From positions 2,202 to 66,201 of the forward strand of contig PLDK01000007.1 in NCBI GenBank assembly GCA_003135135.1: DNA of 64,000 bases. The letters run 5' to 3'. Position numbers and translations under genes: made by a program. Positions within the stretch are counted from its first letter, which is position 1. Every line of letters starts with the position of its first letter. This DNA is from Deltaproteobacteria bacterium. GTDB lineage: Bacteria > Desulfobacterota > Binatia > Binatales > Binataceae. Below, one piece after another: positions 38,046 to 48,006 of the stretch. A model generated the notes under the pieces. It saw only the letters and a program-made list of their open reading frames with translations, did not search any database and was not told the DNA's origin.

Positions 38046-39797
38046 CTAATTCCCGCCGCCACGGCGGATGGTGAACTGTCCCATTACCAGCAGGTCCATT
38101 TTCGTTCTGAGAAAACAATCGAGCGCCTCTTCAGGGCGGCAAACCACCGGTTCGTTTTCGTTAAAGGAGGTGTTGAGCAGCACCGGTACTCCCGTCTGAC
38201 GGCCGAACTCGCGGATCAGCTTGTGGTATAGCGGGTTCTGCCGCGCATTCACTGTCTGTAGCCTTCCCGTTCCATCAACGTGCGTCGTGGCCGGAATTAC
38301 CGCGCGCTTCTCGGGCCGCACCGGGTATGCCATCAGCATGAACGGTGACGGATACGACTGCGTGAAGTAGTCAGCGGCGGCTTCCTCCAGAATCGAAGGC
38401 GCAAAGGGCCGGAACATTTCGCGGCGCTTGATTTTCGAATTCAGGATGTCGCGCATCCCGGCCCGGCGCGGGTCGGCCACGATACTGCGATTGCCCAGCG
38501 CCCGCGGACCCCACTCCATCCGCCCCTGGAACCATCCCACCACCTGCCCATCCGCGATCGTCGCCGCAGTCACGCGGCAGAGTTCGTCTTCATCTTCGAT
38601 CTTGCTAATCACGCAGCCCTGACTGGCTATTTCAGATTCGCGCGAACTGAGTAATGCCGCGATCTCGTCGGCGCGGAATTCGGGACCCCAATTGGCGTGC
38701 TCCATCACAAACTCGCGCGGCCGCGATGCGCTCGAATGCCATTGATCGAAAGCCGCGCCTATCGCCAGCCCCGCGTCGCCCGCCGCCGACTGTATATAGA
38801 TGTCCTCGAAGCCCGTCTGCTCCAGGATCTTGCCGTTGACGACGCAGTTGTAGGCGACCCCGCCCGCAAGGCAGAGCTTTTTCAGTCCGGTCGCGCGCTG
38901 CAGGTTGCGCAGCCGATCGAGTATCACTTCCTCGAGCCGCCGCTGCATCGACGCCGCGATCGCGATATGGCGTTTGTTCACCGGCTCGGCCGGGTCGCGC
39001 ACCGGGCCCAGCCGGGTCACCAGGAAGTCCGAGTACAGCCTGCCTATTGTGGGCTCGCCTGCGCGCCACGTCATCTCCCCGCCCGACCTCTGATGGGTGA
39101 AGTATTCCGGCGCGAGCATGAAATCCATGCGCCCGCCGTCCGGCGCGATCACGATCTTGCGGAACTCCTCGAGCATCTCCGGCTCCCCGTACGACGCCAG
39201 CCCCATCACCTTGTATTCGTCGCCGTATTTCGGAAACCCCAGGTACTGCGTCAGCGCGGTGTAGAAGATTCCGAGCGAATGCGGAAATGTCACCGCGCCC
39301 ATCGGCGAAATCGTACCGCCGCGCCCCACACCCCACATCGCGCTGGCGAAGTCGCCCAACCCGTCGATCGAAAACAGCGCCGCCTGGTCGAATGGCGAGA
39401 CCAGAAACGAACTCGCGAGATGCGCGCGATGATGCTCGACGCGGCGCACCGGGATCGAACTCTCGCCGACCCCCAGCGCGCGCGCCGCTTCCGCGCCGAT
39501 CGACGCAAAGCGCGATTGCGCGCTCAACCTGTCGCGCGCGGCCGACGGCATCTTAAGCGCGTACCACGCCTTGCGCATGATTCGCGCCCACGGATCCCGC
39601 GCGACGGCCAAGATGTCGATGTCGCGCGGCGACGCGCCTGCCGCAGACACCACGTACTTCAAGGCCTCGACCGGAAAGCCTGCCGCGTGCTTGATGCGGT
39701 TGAAGCGCTCCTCTTCCGCGGCTGCCACCAGCCTGCCGTCCACGATAGCGGCAGCGCTCGCGTCGCCGTGATATGCGTTGATTCCTACAATTAACAT
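38046..39797 (-). CDS. NodU/CmcH-family carbamoyltransferase
   Basis: MLIVGINAYHGDASAAAIVDG...VEHHRAHLASSF...LCLAGGVAYNCVVNGKI...TSFNENEPVV. ATG at 39795-39797; the 5' 325 codons of the track ORF are a high-GC artefact. Confidence 0.85.
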   Translation of the reverse strand: MLIVGINAYHGDASAAAIVDGRLVAAAEEERFNRIKHAAGFPVEALKYVVSAAGASPRDIDILAVARDPWARIMRKAWYALKMPSAARDRLSAQSRFASIGAEAARALGVGESSIPVRRVEHHRAHLASSFLVSPFDQAALFSIDGLGDFASAMWGVGRGGTISPMGAVTFPHSLGIFYTALTQYLGFPKYGDEYKVMGLASYGEPEMLEEFRKIVIAPDGGRMDFMLAPEYFTHQRSGGEMTWRAGEPTIGRLYSDFLVTRLGPVRDPAEPVNKRHIAIAASMQRRLEEVILDRLRNLQRATGLKKLCLAGGVAYNCVVNGKILEQTGFEDIYIQSAAGDAGLAIGAAFDQWHSSASRPREFVMEHANWGPEFRADEIAALLSSRESEIASQGCVISKIEDEDELCRVTAATIADGQVVGWFQGRMEWGPRALGNRSIVADPRRAGMRDILNSKIKRREMFRPFAPSILEEAAADYFTQSYPSPFMLMAYPVRPEKRAVIPATTHVDGTGRLQTVNARQNPLYHKLIREFGRQTGVPVLLNTSFNENEPVVCRPEEALDCFLRTKMDLLVMGQFTIRRGGGN

Positions 39798-41314
39798 TGA
39801 TGACCGCGAACTGAACCTTTCATTATATCGGCAAATTCCTGCGCGCACGTCGCCGTGCGCAAACCGATGAAATAAGCCGCCGCGTGTGCGTGCGCATCGC
39901 GCGGCCACGCGATCCATAGGTCGCGATTCCATGCCCACGACCGCGCACGGACCAGTTCGGTCCTCCTGCCGCGCGTCCAATCCGGCGGCGGCTGCGCGCC
40001 GGGCGCGCCCATCCAGACCAGGTATGAATCGGCGGAGGCCGCGACATTCGGATCGTCGGGAGCCACTTGGCGCAGCCGGACGTTTCGGTACACGGGCGCG
40101 AGTTCCTTGAGCACCTCGCCGGCGCCCTCGATTTGTCCTCCGGCCGGAACCGCGCGCGCGATCGCCGTCTGCACCGCCGCGTTGGCGCGCAGGAAGTCCT
40201 CGTGGAGCGCGGCTATCACCCCGAAGCACGCCACGAAGGCGGCGAGCGCCGCGCTCCGGCTCGCGGTGGTCCAGGCGAATCCCCGTTGCCCGAGCCGCTG
40301 ATCGAGCCAGCGCGCCGCCGGTATGCACGCGATTACCGATGCCGGCAGGATAAAGCGTTGCCCGGGTATCGCGCCCGCGAGCATCGCCGCCGCCGGCGCG
40401 AGTCCGCTGGTAAGGCCGTCGCGATAACCGTAGAGCGACGCTGCTATCACTACGGCAGCCACCGCGGCGGGGGGTTGCCAACCTCGCGACCACCGCGGCG
40501 AAAGCGCCGCAAGTCCTGCCACCGGGAAAATCACGATCGATGCGACGTAGAACGGGAAGAATGACGCGAAGTGCTCGCCGGTAAACCAGAAGGCCTCGCC
40601 GTTGATCGCATAGCCTCCCCGCAGCGCTGACGCCGTGGTGGCATAGTTGTACGCCCCGAGCGCAATGATCGCCGGCGCGGCGCCCGCCGCGAGCGCCACC
40701 GCGTCGGACCAGCGCCCGGCGCGCGGCCGCGACAGCCACCACGCTCCCGCCGACGCGATCGCAAATACCGCCATCCACTCATGCAGCAGGACCGCGGCGC
40801 CAAGCGCGAGTGCTCCCCAGACGCGGCGCGGGCGTTCGCGCCACAGCAGAGCCACCCCGACTGCGCCCATCGCCGCGCTCGGAACGGCGGCCATCAGCGT
40901 CGCCGAGTAGTAGAGCATCCCGGGCAGGATGAAATACAGGATGCACCAGTCGGTCGCGAGTCCCGCCTCCCGCAGCATCGCGCGCACCGCAAACGCGCCC
41001 ACGATGAAAAACGCCGCACTCACCAGGAACCCGAGCCGCCAGTCGCTCGCAACCGCCGGCGCCAGTAGCATCGCGTGAAACGGCGAGTACTTGACGATGC
41101 GGTGGCCGCCGGCCGCGAGCTCCATCGACGGGTTCCAGGTGAGCAGTCCGGCACGGTCGGGATAAACCGTGCCGTGCGCGATGCTGTAGGCGAGCGAGAG
41201 GATCTCGCACTCGTCGGCAATTGCGAACGAGGCCGGATACTCGAGCATAAAGATCGCGCAGAACGCAGCCACCAGTGCAATGAATAACCACTCGCGGCGC
41301 GCCAACGTTGTCAT
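39791..41314 (-). CDS. polytopic membrane protein, putative GT-C-fold glycosyltransferase (ArnT/PMT-like)
   Basis: About 11 predicted TMs plus a C-terminal soluble domain. Acidic first-loop motif IADECEIL. Start MTTLARREWLF at 41314 overlaps the upstream stop as ATGA. Confidence 0.5.
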   Translation of the reverse strand: MTTLARREWLFIALVAAFCAIFMLEYPASFAIADECEILSLAYSIAHGTVYPDRAGLLTWNPSMELAAGGHRIVKYSPFHAMLLAPAVASDWRLGFLVSAAFFIVGAFAVRAMLREAGLATDWCILYFILPGMLYYSATLMAAVPSAAMGAVGVALLWRERPRRVWGALALGAAVLLHEWMAVFAIASAGAWWLSRPRAGRWSDAVALAAGAAPAIIALGAYNYATTASALRGGYAINGEAFWFTGEHFASFFPFYVASIVIFPVAGLAALSPRWSRGWQPPAAVAAVVIAASLYGYRDGLTSGLAPAAAMLAGAIPGQRFILPASVIACIPAARWLDQRLGQRGFAWTTASRSAALAAFVACFGVIAALHEDFLRANAAVQTAIARAVPAGGQIEGAGEVLKELAPVYRNVRLRQVAPDDPNVAASADSYLVWMGAPGAQPPPDWTRGRRTELVRARSWAWNRDLWIAWPRDAHAHAAAYFIGLRTATCAQEFADIMKGSVRGHQC

Positions 41315-42567
41315 CGTCCCGGTGGCGGCGTCCCATCCGCCCAACCACGCGCAGAGCTGCATCGGCTTGCCGCTGATGCACGGCGGCGAGCATCCCGATC
41401 GCCGCGCTGCGCCAGCAGGTCCTTGTAGAGCGCCAGCATTTCCAGCGCGCATTTGTCCCACGAAAAGCTTGCCGCCATCCACCGCCGTCCGCGCTCGCCC
41501 ATCTCGGCGACGGGCATCGAGCTTATTGTGCTGATTGCGCCCGCCAGGCTCGCGGGATCGTTGCCGACCCACAGCCCGCAGCCGGTCCGCTCGACTTCTT
41601 TCCACGGAGTACCGGTGCTCGCAATCACGGCGGCGCCGTGCGCAAGCGCTTCGGCTACCACTATCCCGAAATTCTCAGTGAACGACGGCGCCACGACGAC
41701 GTCGGTCCGCTCGAACATCCGCTGTTTTTCCTCGCCGCGCAGGTCGCCAAGCAGCGCGACCTCGTTGGACAGATCGAGGTGATCGATCTCGCGGCGAAGT
41801 TTCGCCTCGTAGTCGCTCGAGCCCGAACCCGCGATCGCGAGCGAAAAAACCGGCCCGCTCCGCTCTTTGAGCATGCGGCAGGCGGCGAGCAGATTCTCGA
41901 TTCCCTTCTTGGGATCGAGGCGGCCGACAAATCCGAGCCGCAGCTCAGCGCCGCGTGGCTCGCGATGAAGTGATTGCGGAATCTCGACTCCGTTAGGAAT
42001 TAGTTCGATGGTGGCGCGCGGAAAGCGTGCGCGAGTTTCTTCGACCTCGCTCTCCGAGGTCAGGTGAAGCACCAACCCGCGCGGCGCAACCAGCTTGCAC
42101 ACCTTCTCCCACAGCGACTTGAACCGCACTCGCCGCGACCCGCTCCAGCGCTGCAGCGCGCCATGCGGAGTCCACACCACGGCCCGTTCCAGCATCCGCG
42201 CCACGAGCAAGGTTGGAATGGTCGGAAACGAGTACGCCGCGTGCAGATGAACCACGTCGGCCCAGCGCACGTGTTCGGCGAGCGCGCCGAGAAGTTCGAG
42301 CGATACCGATTGACGCGCGACTCGCCCGCAGTAGCGAACTTCGAATCCTTGGCCGAGCGCGTACGGCGCCTTCTCCGCCGAGTCCAGTTTCCTTCCCGAA
42401 CCGTTCGCGTCCGTAGTCAGCACCCGAACCGCCGCTCCCGCGCGCGCCAGATGCCGGGCAAACTGATACGCCGACTCGACCAGCCCGCCATAAACCCACG
42501 CCGGTGCGAAGAACGGACTTACGTACAGGACGCGCACAGCGCCGGCGTCTTCGTCTGAAGAAATCAC
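41311..42567 (-). CDS. GT4-family glycosyltransferase
   Basis: ..VRVLYVSPFFAP..GG.E...LA...LGFVGRLDPKKGIENLL...VVAPSFTENFGIVVAEALAHGAAVIAS... GTG start at 42565-42567. Confidence 0.8.
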   Translation of the reverse strand: MISSDEDAGAVRVLYVSPFFAPAWVYGGLVESAYQFARHLARAGAAVRVLTTDANGSGRKLDSAEKAPYALGQGFEVRYCGRVARQSVSLELLGALAEHVRWADVVHLHAAYSFPTIPTLLVARMLERAVVWTPHGALQRWSGSRRVRFKSLWEKVCKLVAPRGLVLHLTSESEVEETRARFPRATIELIPNGVEIPQSLHREPRGAELRLGFVGRLDPKKGIENLLAACRMLKERSGPVFSLAIAGSGSSDYEAKLRREIDHLDLSNEVALLGDLRGEEKQRMFERTDVVVAPSFTENFGIVVAEALAHGAAVIASTGTPWKEVERTGCGLWVGNDPASLAGAISTISSMPVAEMGERGRRWMAASFSWDKCALEMLALYKDLLAQRGDRDARRRASAASRCSSARGWADGTPPPGR

Positions 42568-42608
42568 TCTTACGATCCTGGGCGACTATTCCCCGCCCGG
42601 CTCCCCTC

Positions 42609-43229
42609 TTATGAGGAATACTCAGTTGGCTTGAGTGCCTTCACCATTATTGATTTCCACAAAAAGGGGATCCGTCCGACACCTCGCCATTCAACCGCCT
42701 CAAGCCCTGCCGCTACCAGAGCGGCATTCAGCGTCCGCTTAGACCAGAACTTGATGTGGTTGCCCTCATCTAGGGGCTGGTGGTGCCAATCCCACAAACC
42801 CAGCGCGGAGATCGCAACGTTCTTCAGCCAGCCGTGATAGGGCGTACTCAGGATTACGATGCCGCCAGGGTGCAATGCGCCCGCCATGTTCTTCAAGAAG
42901 GTCACGGGCCGATATAGATGCTCGATGACCTCGATTGAGACCAGGGCGTCGAAGGCGTGATTTGCGCCGCTAAATTCTTCGACCGAACCGGCGATAATGT
43001 CCCAGCTACAATCCGAGGAAGCGAGCAGCGCGCGTGCCTTTTCCAGTGATGGACCCGGTAGGTCGATGCCGGTAACACGGTAGCCCAGCTTAGCCAACCG
43101 ATAGCTAAGTTGTCCCCCGCCGCAGCCGGCATCGAGAACCCGGGCGGGCGCAGGTGGCAGCCACTTCTCCACCACCGGCCAAATGATCGTGTGATGGCTG
43201 AGCTGGGTCAGCTGTATATTTTTGTCCAT
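42609..43229 (-). CDS. class I SAM-dependent methyltransferase
   Basis: VLDAGCGGGQLSYRLAKLGYRVTGIDL...FDALVSIEVIEHL...LHPGGIVILSTP. ATG start MDKNIQ at about 43229. An alternative in-frame GTG at about 43293 lies inside a 41-bp copy of the neighbouring GT4 gene start. Confidence 0.7.
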   Translation of the reverse strand: MDKNIQLTQLSHHTIIWPVVEKWLPPAPARVLDAGCGGGQLSYRLAKLGYRVTGIDLPGPSLEKARALLASSDCSWDIIAGSVEEFSGANHAFDALVSIEVIEHLYRPVTFLKNMAGALHPGGIVILSTPYHGWLKNVAISALGLWDWHHQPLDEGNHIKFWSKRTLNAALVAAGLEAVEWRGVGRIPFLWKSIMVKALKPTEYSS

Positions 43230-43440
43230 CGGGGCGACCTCAGCGGCGCGGCGGACGCGGATAGTGCCGGCGTCTTTGTCTGAAGAAATCACTCTTACGA
43301 TCCTGGCTTGATGCCGAGTAGCGCGACATGCGATGCGGTCCGATACAGATTCATGCCCGATCCCGTAGTGTTCAATAGATGAACGGGCGCGCACGCACCA
43401 TCCGAAGACGCGAATCAGCGGGTCAGTCATGGGGGCGCCT

Positions 43441-44646
43441 CTATTCAGCATGCGAGGCGGGCGCGAGATGACCCGTCGATGGAGGTTCGACAGCGGGTTT
43501 GCGATAGAGCGTTGCCTCCGGCCACGTGGCGATCACGGTCCAATCTGTCGGAGGCTCTTCGATGGGCCAGGTCATCACTGTAATTGCGTCGAAACTCTGC
43601 AGATTGACCCGCATCAACAGCGCGCCCGCCGGAACATCGGCAAGACGATGCACAGGCCGAGTGGGCACGCGCGCCTGGATATCGAGAAGGTGCTCAGAAT
43701 TCGATACGATTTCGGCTCGCGGCAGGCTCACCGAAGCAATCTCCCGCCCGAGCCTTGCGTAACGTGGATCGTTTGCTCCCAGGGAATTGGTGGTCAAGGA
43801 GTTGGCCAATGCGAGCAGCATGGTCGCGCACGCGTAGGCCAACCAGTAGCGCTGCGCACCCGGTATTGGCCTCACAGCCAGCAGCATCACCAGCAGGCCA
43901 TAGGCCATTATTCGCGGATCTGTGTCGAAGTGGCTGACGATCAGCAAAAGCCAGGTCAGACCGAATATCGTTCCACCGAGATACAAATATCGTCTGCCGC
44001 CGCGGGCTCGCCGCAGCGTGCTCAGGCATATGAGGGCGATTATCAGGACCAGGCAGAAAGGAACATAGGCCTCCCACCGCCGGATCGAACCATACCAGTT
44101 CGCCAAAAACGCCCGAAAGAAGAAAAAACCGAACTCGCCGAATCCGCTGATGAGCCTGTGAGGAAGGCTGGCATTGATCACCGGCACCAGCATTGCGCCG
44201 ATAGTCAGGTAATTGAAAACAAATATCCCGGCAATGGCGGATGCCCAAATCACAACGATGATTGCATATCGCGCAAATGATAATGGGCGGCGCTCAGTCG
44301 AGAGAAGGCGATCGGACGCAATCATCGCCGGCACAAAAACAACCGAGACCAGCTTCAGCGGCGTGAGAAGGGCCCACAGGCACCCTCCGACAGTCCTAAG
44401 CCTAGCGCTGTTATCGGCTACGCATCGCGCGCCGAGCAAAAAGATCGCGTAATTCAGGATGTCGGGTTTTGCAAACTTGGCCAGGTCTCGAAAGAAGCCC
44501 ACCCCAAGCACCAGAGCAAGGCCCGCCGACGCCAGACTTGACCAGCCGGCATTCTCGGCAAGCAGATAAACCAGGCCGGCGGCGAGCGCGAGCGAGAAAT
44601 AGTTGATCGCGAATGCGGCCCGCAGCGGCGACCCAAAGCGTGACAA
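43441..44646 (-). CDS. polytopic membrane protein (possible GT-C / O-antigen-ligase-like protein); the N-terminus may continue in another frame up to 44885
   Basis: 9-10 predicted TMs plus a C-terminal soluble region. The upstream small ORF 44691-44885 encodes a TM and a DSDAYNY motif in a different frame, suggesting a frameshift or sequencing error. Confidence 0.4.
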   Translation of the reverse strand: MSRFGSPLRAAFAINYFSLALAAGLVYLLAENAGWSSLASAGLALVLGVGFFRDLAKFAKPDILNYAIFLLGARCVADNSARLRTVGGCLWALLTPLKLVSVVFVPAMIASDRLLSTERRPLSFARYAIIVVIWASAIAGIFVFNYLTIGAMLVPVINASLPHRLISGFGEFGFFFFRAFLANWYGSIRRWEAYVPFCLVLIIALICLSTLRRARGGRRYLYLGGTIFGLTWLLLIVSHFDTDPRIMAYGLLVMLLAVRPIPGAQRYWLAYACATMLLALANSLTTNSLGANDPRYARLGREIASVSLPRAEIVSNSEHLLDIQARVPTRPVHRLADVPAGALLMRVNLQSFDAITVMTWPIEEPPTDWTVIATWPEATLYRKPAVEPPSTGHLAPASHAE

Positions 44647-44951
44647 GAACAGCGAGTAGGCTGGTGGCTCGATATTCAGTGTCTCGCCATTCAGGTTCTT
44701 GTATCCGTGGCCAGCCTGAAAGAATATGCACCCTGGATGTAGTTGTAAGCGTCACTATCCGTCACCGAGATTCGCGGATGCATCAGCAGCGCAGCAACTA
44801 GCACGATCGCCGATAGAATCAGGCTCCGGGCTGCCAATATGGGAATCGAGCGCGTCGCGCCCGCGGTTGCATCATTCTGGGGCATCAGCAGTTCAGACCA
44901 GGGCGGAGATTCTGTCCGGCACGGTAATATTCGCGTTGAATTGTTGCTGGA

Positions 44952-46487
44952 TCAGGCATGACGGACTCCTTTTTCTGAGCTAAGACCGCCTAGCGTCATC
45001 GCGTCAACCTCTGCGGCTCGCATCAGCAAGCCAATCAGCGCGATGAAGATGATGCTCCATGGGATCCCGCCAAAAACCATCGAGGTGGCGGAGCCGATAT
45101 CAAGCAATTTCGACAAAACGTAAACGCCGCCAACCATGGCGCCGAGCCCCATTCCGGGATGAACGTACATCTCGATCAGCAGCCGGTAGATCAACCCGAA
45201 TAAGAACATCCCCGCGATCACTCCGATTAGTCCGAAATTCGCATATAACTCGACTAGCTGCGGCAAATTGATCGAAGTGCCGGTGTTCCCGGCGGAGATC
45301 ATGGCGTAACGATGGCCAAACGTCTGTCCGCTCATCTCTTCCGGTTTGTCGGGCCAGACCGCGCGCGGTATCGGTTTGAACAGGATCGGATAGTAAGTCT
45401 CGCCCCCCCAAAAAGGCACCATTGCGGGCGTGTCCGCGATTACTTCGCCGAACGTTGTGAATTGCGCCAGGCGCAGGCTTCCGAATTCGATCAGAGTTTG
45501 CGGATCCACTTCCCCGCCGATCGTGATGCGGTAAAGAATATCTCCGTACAGGCGGCCTTTCTCGATCTCGCCCGCGTCCGATTGTCTTCCGCTCCACGTC
45601 GCCGCTCGATATGGCACCTCCGCCGGTCGAATGATGAACACCGCCGCAATAGTGCCCAGCAGCAGCGTCTTCCATGGGATCGATCGGCGCACGGAAGCGA
45701 AAATGATTGCGACGGCGACGCCGACCATCAGAGGGCCCCCGGACGAGCCGCCGCCCAGGCCGATTGCGATTCTGACCGGAAGCAGAAACCCCCAGACGAA
45801 TGCCGATGTGATCCGATCCAGTCTTCCCGCCAACTGAAGCGCGACCAGTGTGCAGATTCCAACCATCGATAAGTCAGCCGCGAATACGCCGATCTGGGCC
45901 AGGCTCCCGGGCAGCCCATGCGAGGAGGACAAGAACAATCCCCCGACTCCCAGCATCAGCGCGACCATCCGCACTACTCGCTCGTCGCGCCATTGCAAGT
46001 TGAATCGCGGTAGTATCGGTGCGAATAGCCATCTCGCCGGTCCATAGTATCCGGCGAACATGCAGTAGAGAGCGAGTAGTGAGTATCCAAGCGCCAGCGT
46101 GATGAAATGCGGGGCAATAGGCGGCTTGAACAGTCCAATGACATAGTGCCTCAACAGGAAAACCGGCAGCGCGTATGAATAGATGAACATCAGCGTCAGG
46201 AACGGCATGAACGGGATCGTTCGATCCGCCCCCGACATCCATAGCCAGACCGGAAGCGCGAGCGATGCCAGTATCGCGGACGCGAATACTCGCTCGAGGA
46301 TCGTCGGCGCACCGGGCGCGTAGAGGTTCAGAGCGATCAACGCGATTGCGACCGCCGCGAGCAGCTTCAGCGCCTTGCCCGGACTGGCGGACCCCGGCCT
46401 CAGCGTGGTGATTCGCGCATACCACTCGCCATGCGGCGGATGCAGCGCCGCGGACTCGAACCGTTCAGCCATTGGATTCGATCTCAT
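44952..46487 (-). CDS. Wzy-like oligosaccharide repeat-unit polymerase (multi-TM with large periplasmic loop)
   Basis: More than 10 TMs, a central hydrophilic loop and a C-terminal TM cluster. Starts MRSNPMAERFES inside a roughly 90-bp repeat shared with the start of 46567-48006. Confidence 0.45.
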   Translation of the reverse strand: MRSNPMAERFESAALHPPHGEWYARITTLRPGSASPGKALKLLAAVAIALIALNLYAPGAPTILERVFASAILASLALPVWLWMSGADRTIPFMPFLTLMFIYSYALPVFLLRHYVIGLFKPPIAPHFITLALGYSLLALYCMFAGYYGPARWLFAPILPRFNLQWRDERVVRMVALMLGVGGLFLSSSHGLPGSLAQIGVFAADLSMVGICTLVALQLAGRLDRITSAFVWGFLLPVRIAIGLGGGSSGGPLMVGVAVAIIFASVRRSIPWKTLLLGTIAAVFIIRPAEVPYRAATWSGRQSDAGEIEKGRLYGDILYRITIGGEVDPQTLIEFGSLRLAQFTTFGEVIADTPAMVPFWGGETYYPILFKPIPRAVWPDKPEEMSGQTFGHRYAMISAGNTGTSINLPQLVELYANFGLIGVIAGMFLFGLIYRLLIEMYVHPGMGLGAMVGGVYVLSKLLDIGSATSMVFGGIPWSIIFIALIGLLMRAAEVDAMTLGGLSSEKGVRHA

Positions 46488-46566
46488 TGGTTTGCGCGGC
46501 GCCGACCGCCGCCGGCCTCTGCGATGCTTTCACCGATCGTGCCCCAATGCGGTTAACGGCAGATTA

Positions 46567-48006
46567 TCATGAACCGGGACCGCGCCATGCTTGGGGCGCG
46601 GAGATTAGGCCCGAAAGAAACTGCGGATACGACCAGTCGAAAGCCCGTTCCGGATGATGGTCGATATCGGCGACGACATTCCATCGATTCGTCTGAGGGA
46701 AGGCGCCTCGTGCGTTGATCGCGATGCTGCAGGCCGCCAGTGCAAGTGCAATGCACGCTTCCACGCGGCCGAGCTTTCGCACCGCCAACGGCGGCGCTGC
46801 CGCGAGGCCGAGGATCGCGAGCAAGGCGAACCACGGCACCGTATCGGTCAACACTCGGGGTCCGTACGAGTAACCGCCCCACCATTCGGGATAGCCCGCG
46901 GTTGCAAGTGTAAGCAGCGCGGCGACCAGTATCGCGGCTCCCGCCAAACGGCGCTCAGGGAGCCACCTCCAGTTCCGCGTCACTCGATACAAAACAAACC
47001 CGAGTGTGGGCACAAAGACGAACAAGCCGCGCGACGGGCTGACAAGCAGCCCTGCCAGGTGGACCGGGAGGTCGTGAAACGTGAGCCGTGAGCCCGCGTA
47101 ATAACCTGGAATCCAGGTACCGAAAGCAAGCAGCGAGTACGCGAAGAACGCGATTGCCCACGCAGCGCCGGTGGCGGCGTACGCGATAAAACTGCGGCGA
47201 TGAAACCAGAATAGGTAGACACTGAGCACCGCAATCGGAATCGACGCGGTCGGTCGGCAAAAGTACATCCAGGATAGGATCGTCGCAAGCGTTACGGCCC
47301 GCGGCGGCCGCTCGGAAACCTCGGAGCGCAAGAGCTCAAGTATCGCAATCTGGGCAAGCAGTATAAGCCACGTGCTTGACCACATCGCGCGCGATGCCGA
47401 ACTCCAAACCTGCGTGCCGAACACGCAGACGATGGCGATGATCGCGCTCTCGCCCGCGGGCAGCAGCACACGCGCCGTCCAATATGTTATCACCGTGAGC
47501 AACGCCATAAGGAAAGTCGCAAGGGCCTTCTGGATTATAAATTCTCCGCGGCCGTTATAGTGCCCTTCCGCATTTGCTGTGTGCACACCGAGCAGATTCG
47601 CAACCGCGACGAAGGGTAGCGACAGGAACGAGGTGCCGTGCGGGTATAGATAAATGACGTGCCCATTGACGATACCGAGCTGGTAAATCCCACTGACTTG
47701 GGGACTTATCGGCGGTATGGCTCGCTCAAGATGCGGGACCTCGCCGGGAAGCTTGTATCTATCGAGGAATACGCTGCGACGGTGCAAGATGCTTTCGCTG
47801 AGCAGCATCGAAAAAGCTGAGTCGCCGACATCCAAGTTGCGAGACAACCCGAACACGGCGAACGCCAGCAGGAACAGAGACGACGCAATCGCAAGTTCGC
47901 GTGTCTTTCTGGATGTAGCGCGCATCATCGTTTGACCCGAGTGGCGGGCCCTCTCAGAGGCGTGAGGCGTCGATTCGAACCCTTCAGTCATTCGATTCGA
48001 TCTCAC
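46567..48006 (-). CDS. polytopic membrane protein, putative GT-C-type glycosyl/mannosyl-transferase
   Basis: About 12 TMs. Start MRSNRMTEGFES. Unrelated in sequence to 44952-46487 apart from the first dozen codons. Confidence 0.4.
   Translation of the reverse strand: MRSNRMTEGFESTPHASERARHSGQTMMRATSRKTRELAIASSLFLLAFAVFGLSRNLDVGDSAFSMLLSESILHRRSVFLDRYKLPGEVPHLERAIPPISPQVSGIYQLGIVNGHVIYLYPHGTSFLSLPFVAVANLLGVHTANAEGHYNGRGEFIIQKALATFLMALLTVITYWTARVLLPAGESAIIAIVCVFGTQVWSSASRAMWSSTWLILLAQIAILELLRSEVSERPPRAVTLATILSWMYFCRPTASIPIAVLSVYLFWFHRRSFIAYAATGAAWAIAFFAYSLLAFGTWIPGYYAGSRLTFHDLPVHLAGLLVSPSRGLFVFVPTLGFVLYRVTRNWRWLPERRLAGAAILVAALLTLATAGYPEWWGGYSYGPRVLTDTVPWFALLAILGLAAAPPLAVRKLGRVEACIALALAACSIAINARGAFPQTNRWNVVADIDHHPERAFDWSYPQFLSGLISAPQAWRGPGS

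Noticed and set aside
38428-39794. long overlapping plus-strand and alternate-frame ORFs (38697-39794, 38632-39336 and others); similar ones at 5628-6704, 13581-14501, 14129-15087, 40779-41393, 54316-56146, 57806-58612
   Set aside because: These are typical high-GC antisense or alternate-frame artefacts. Each is fully embedded in a gene with a clear homology signature on the other strand or frame, and their translations are Arg/Ala/Pro-rich nonsense.
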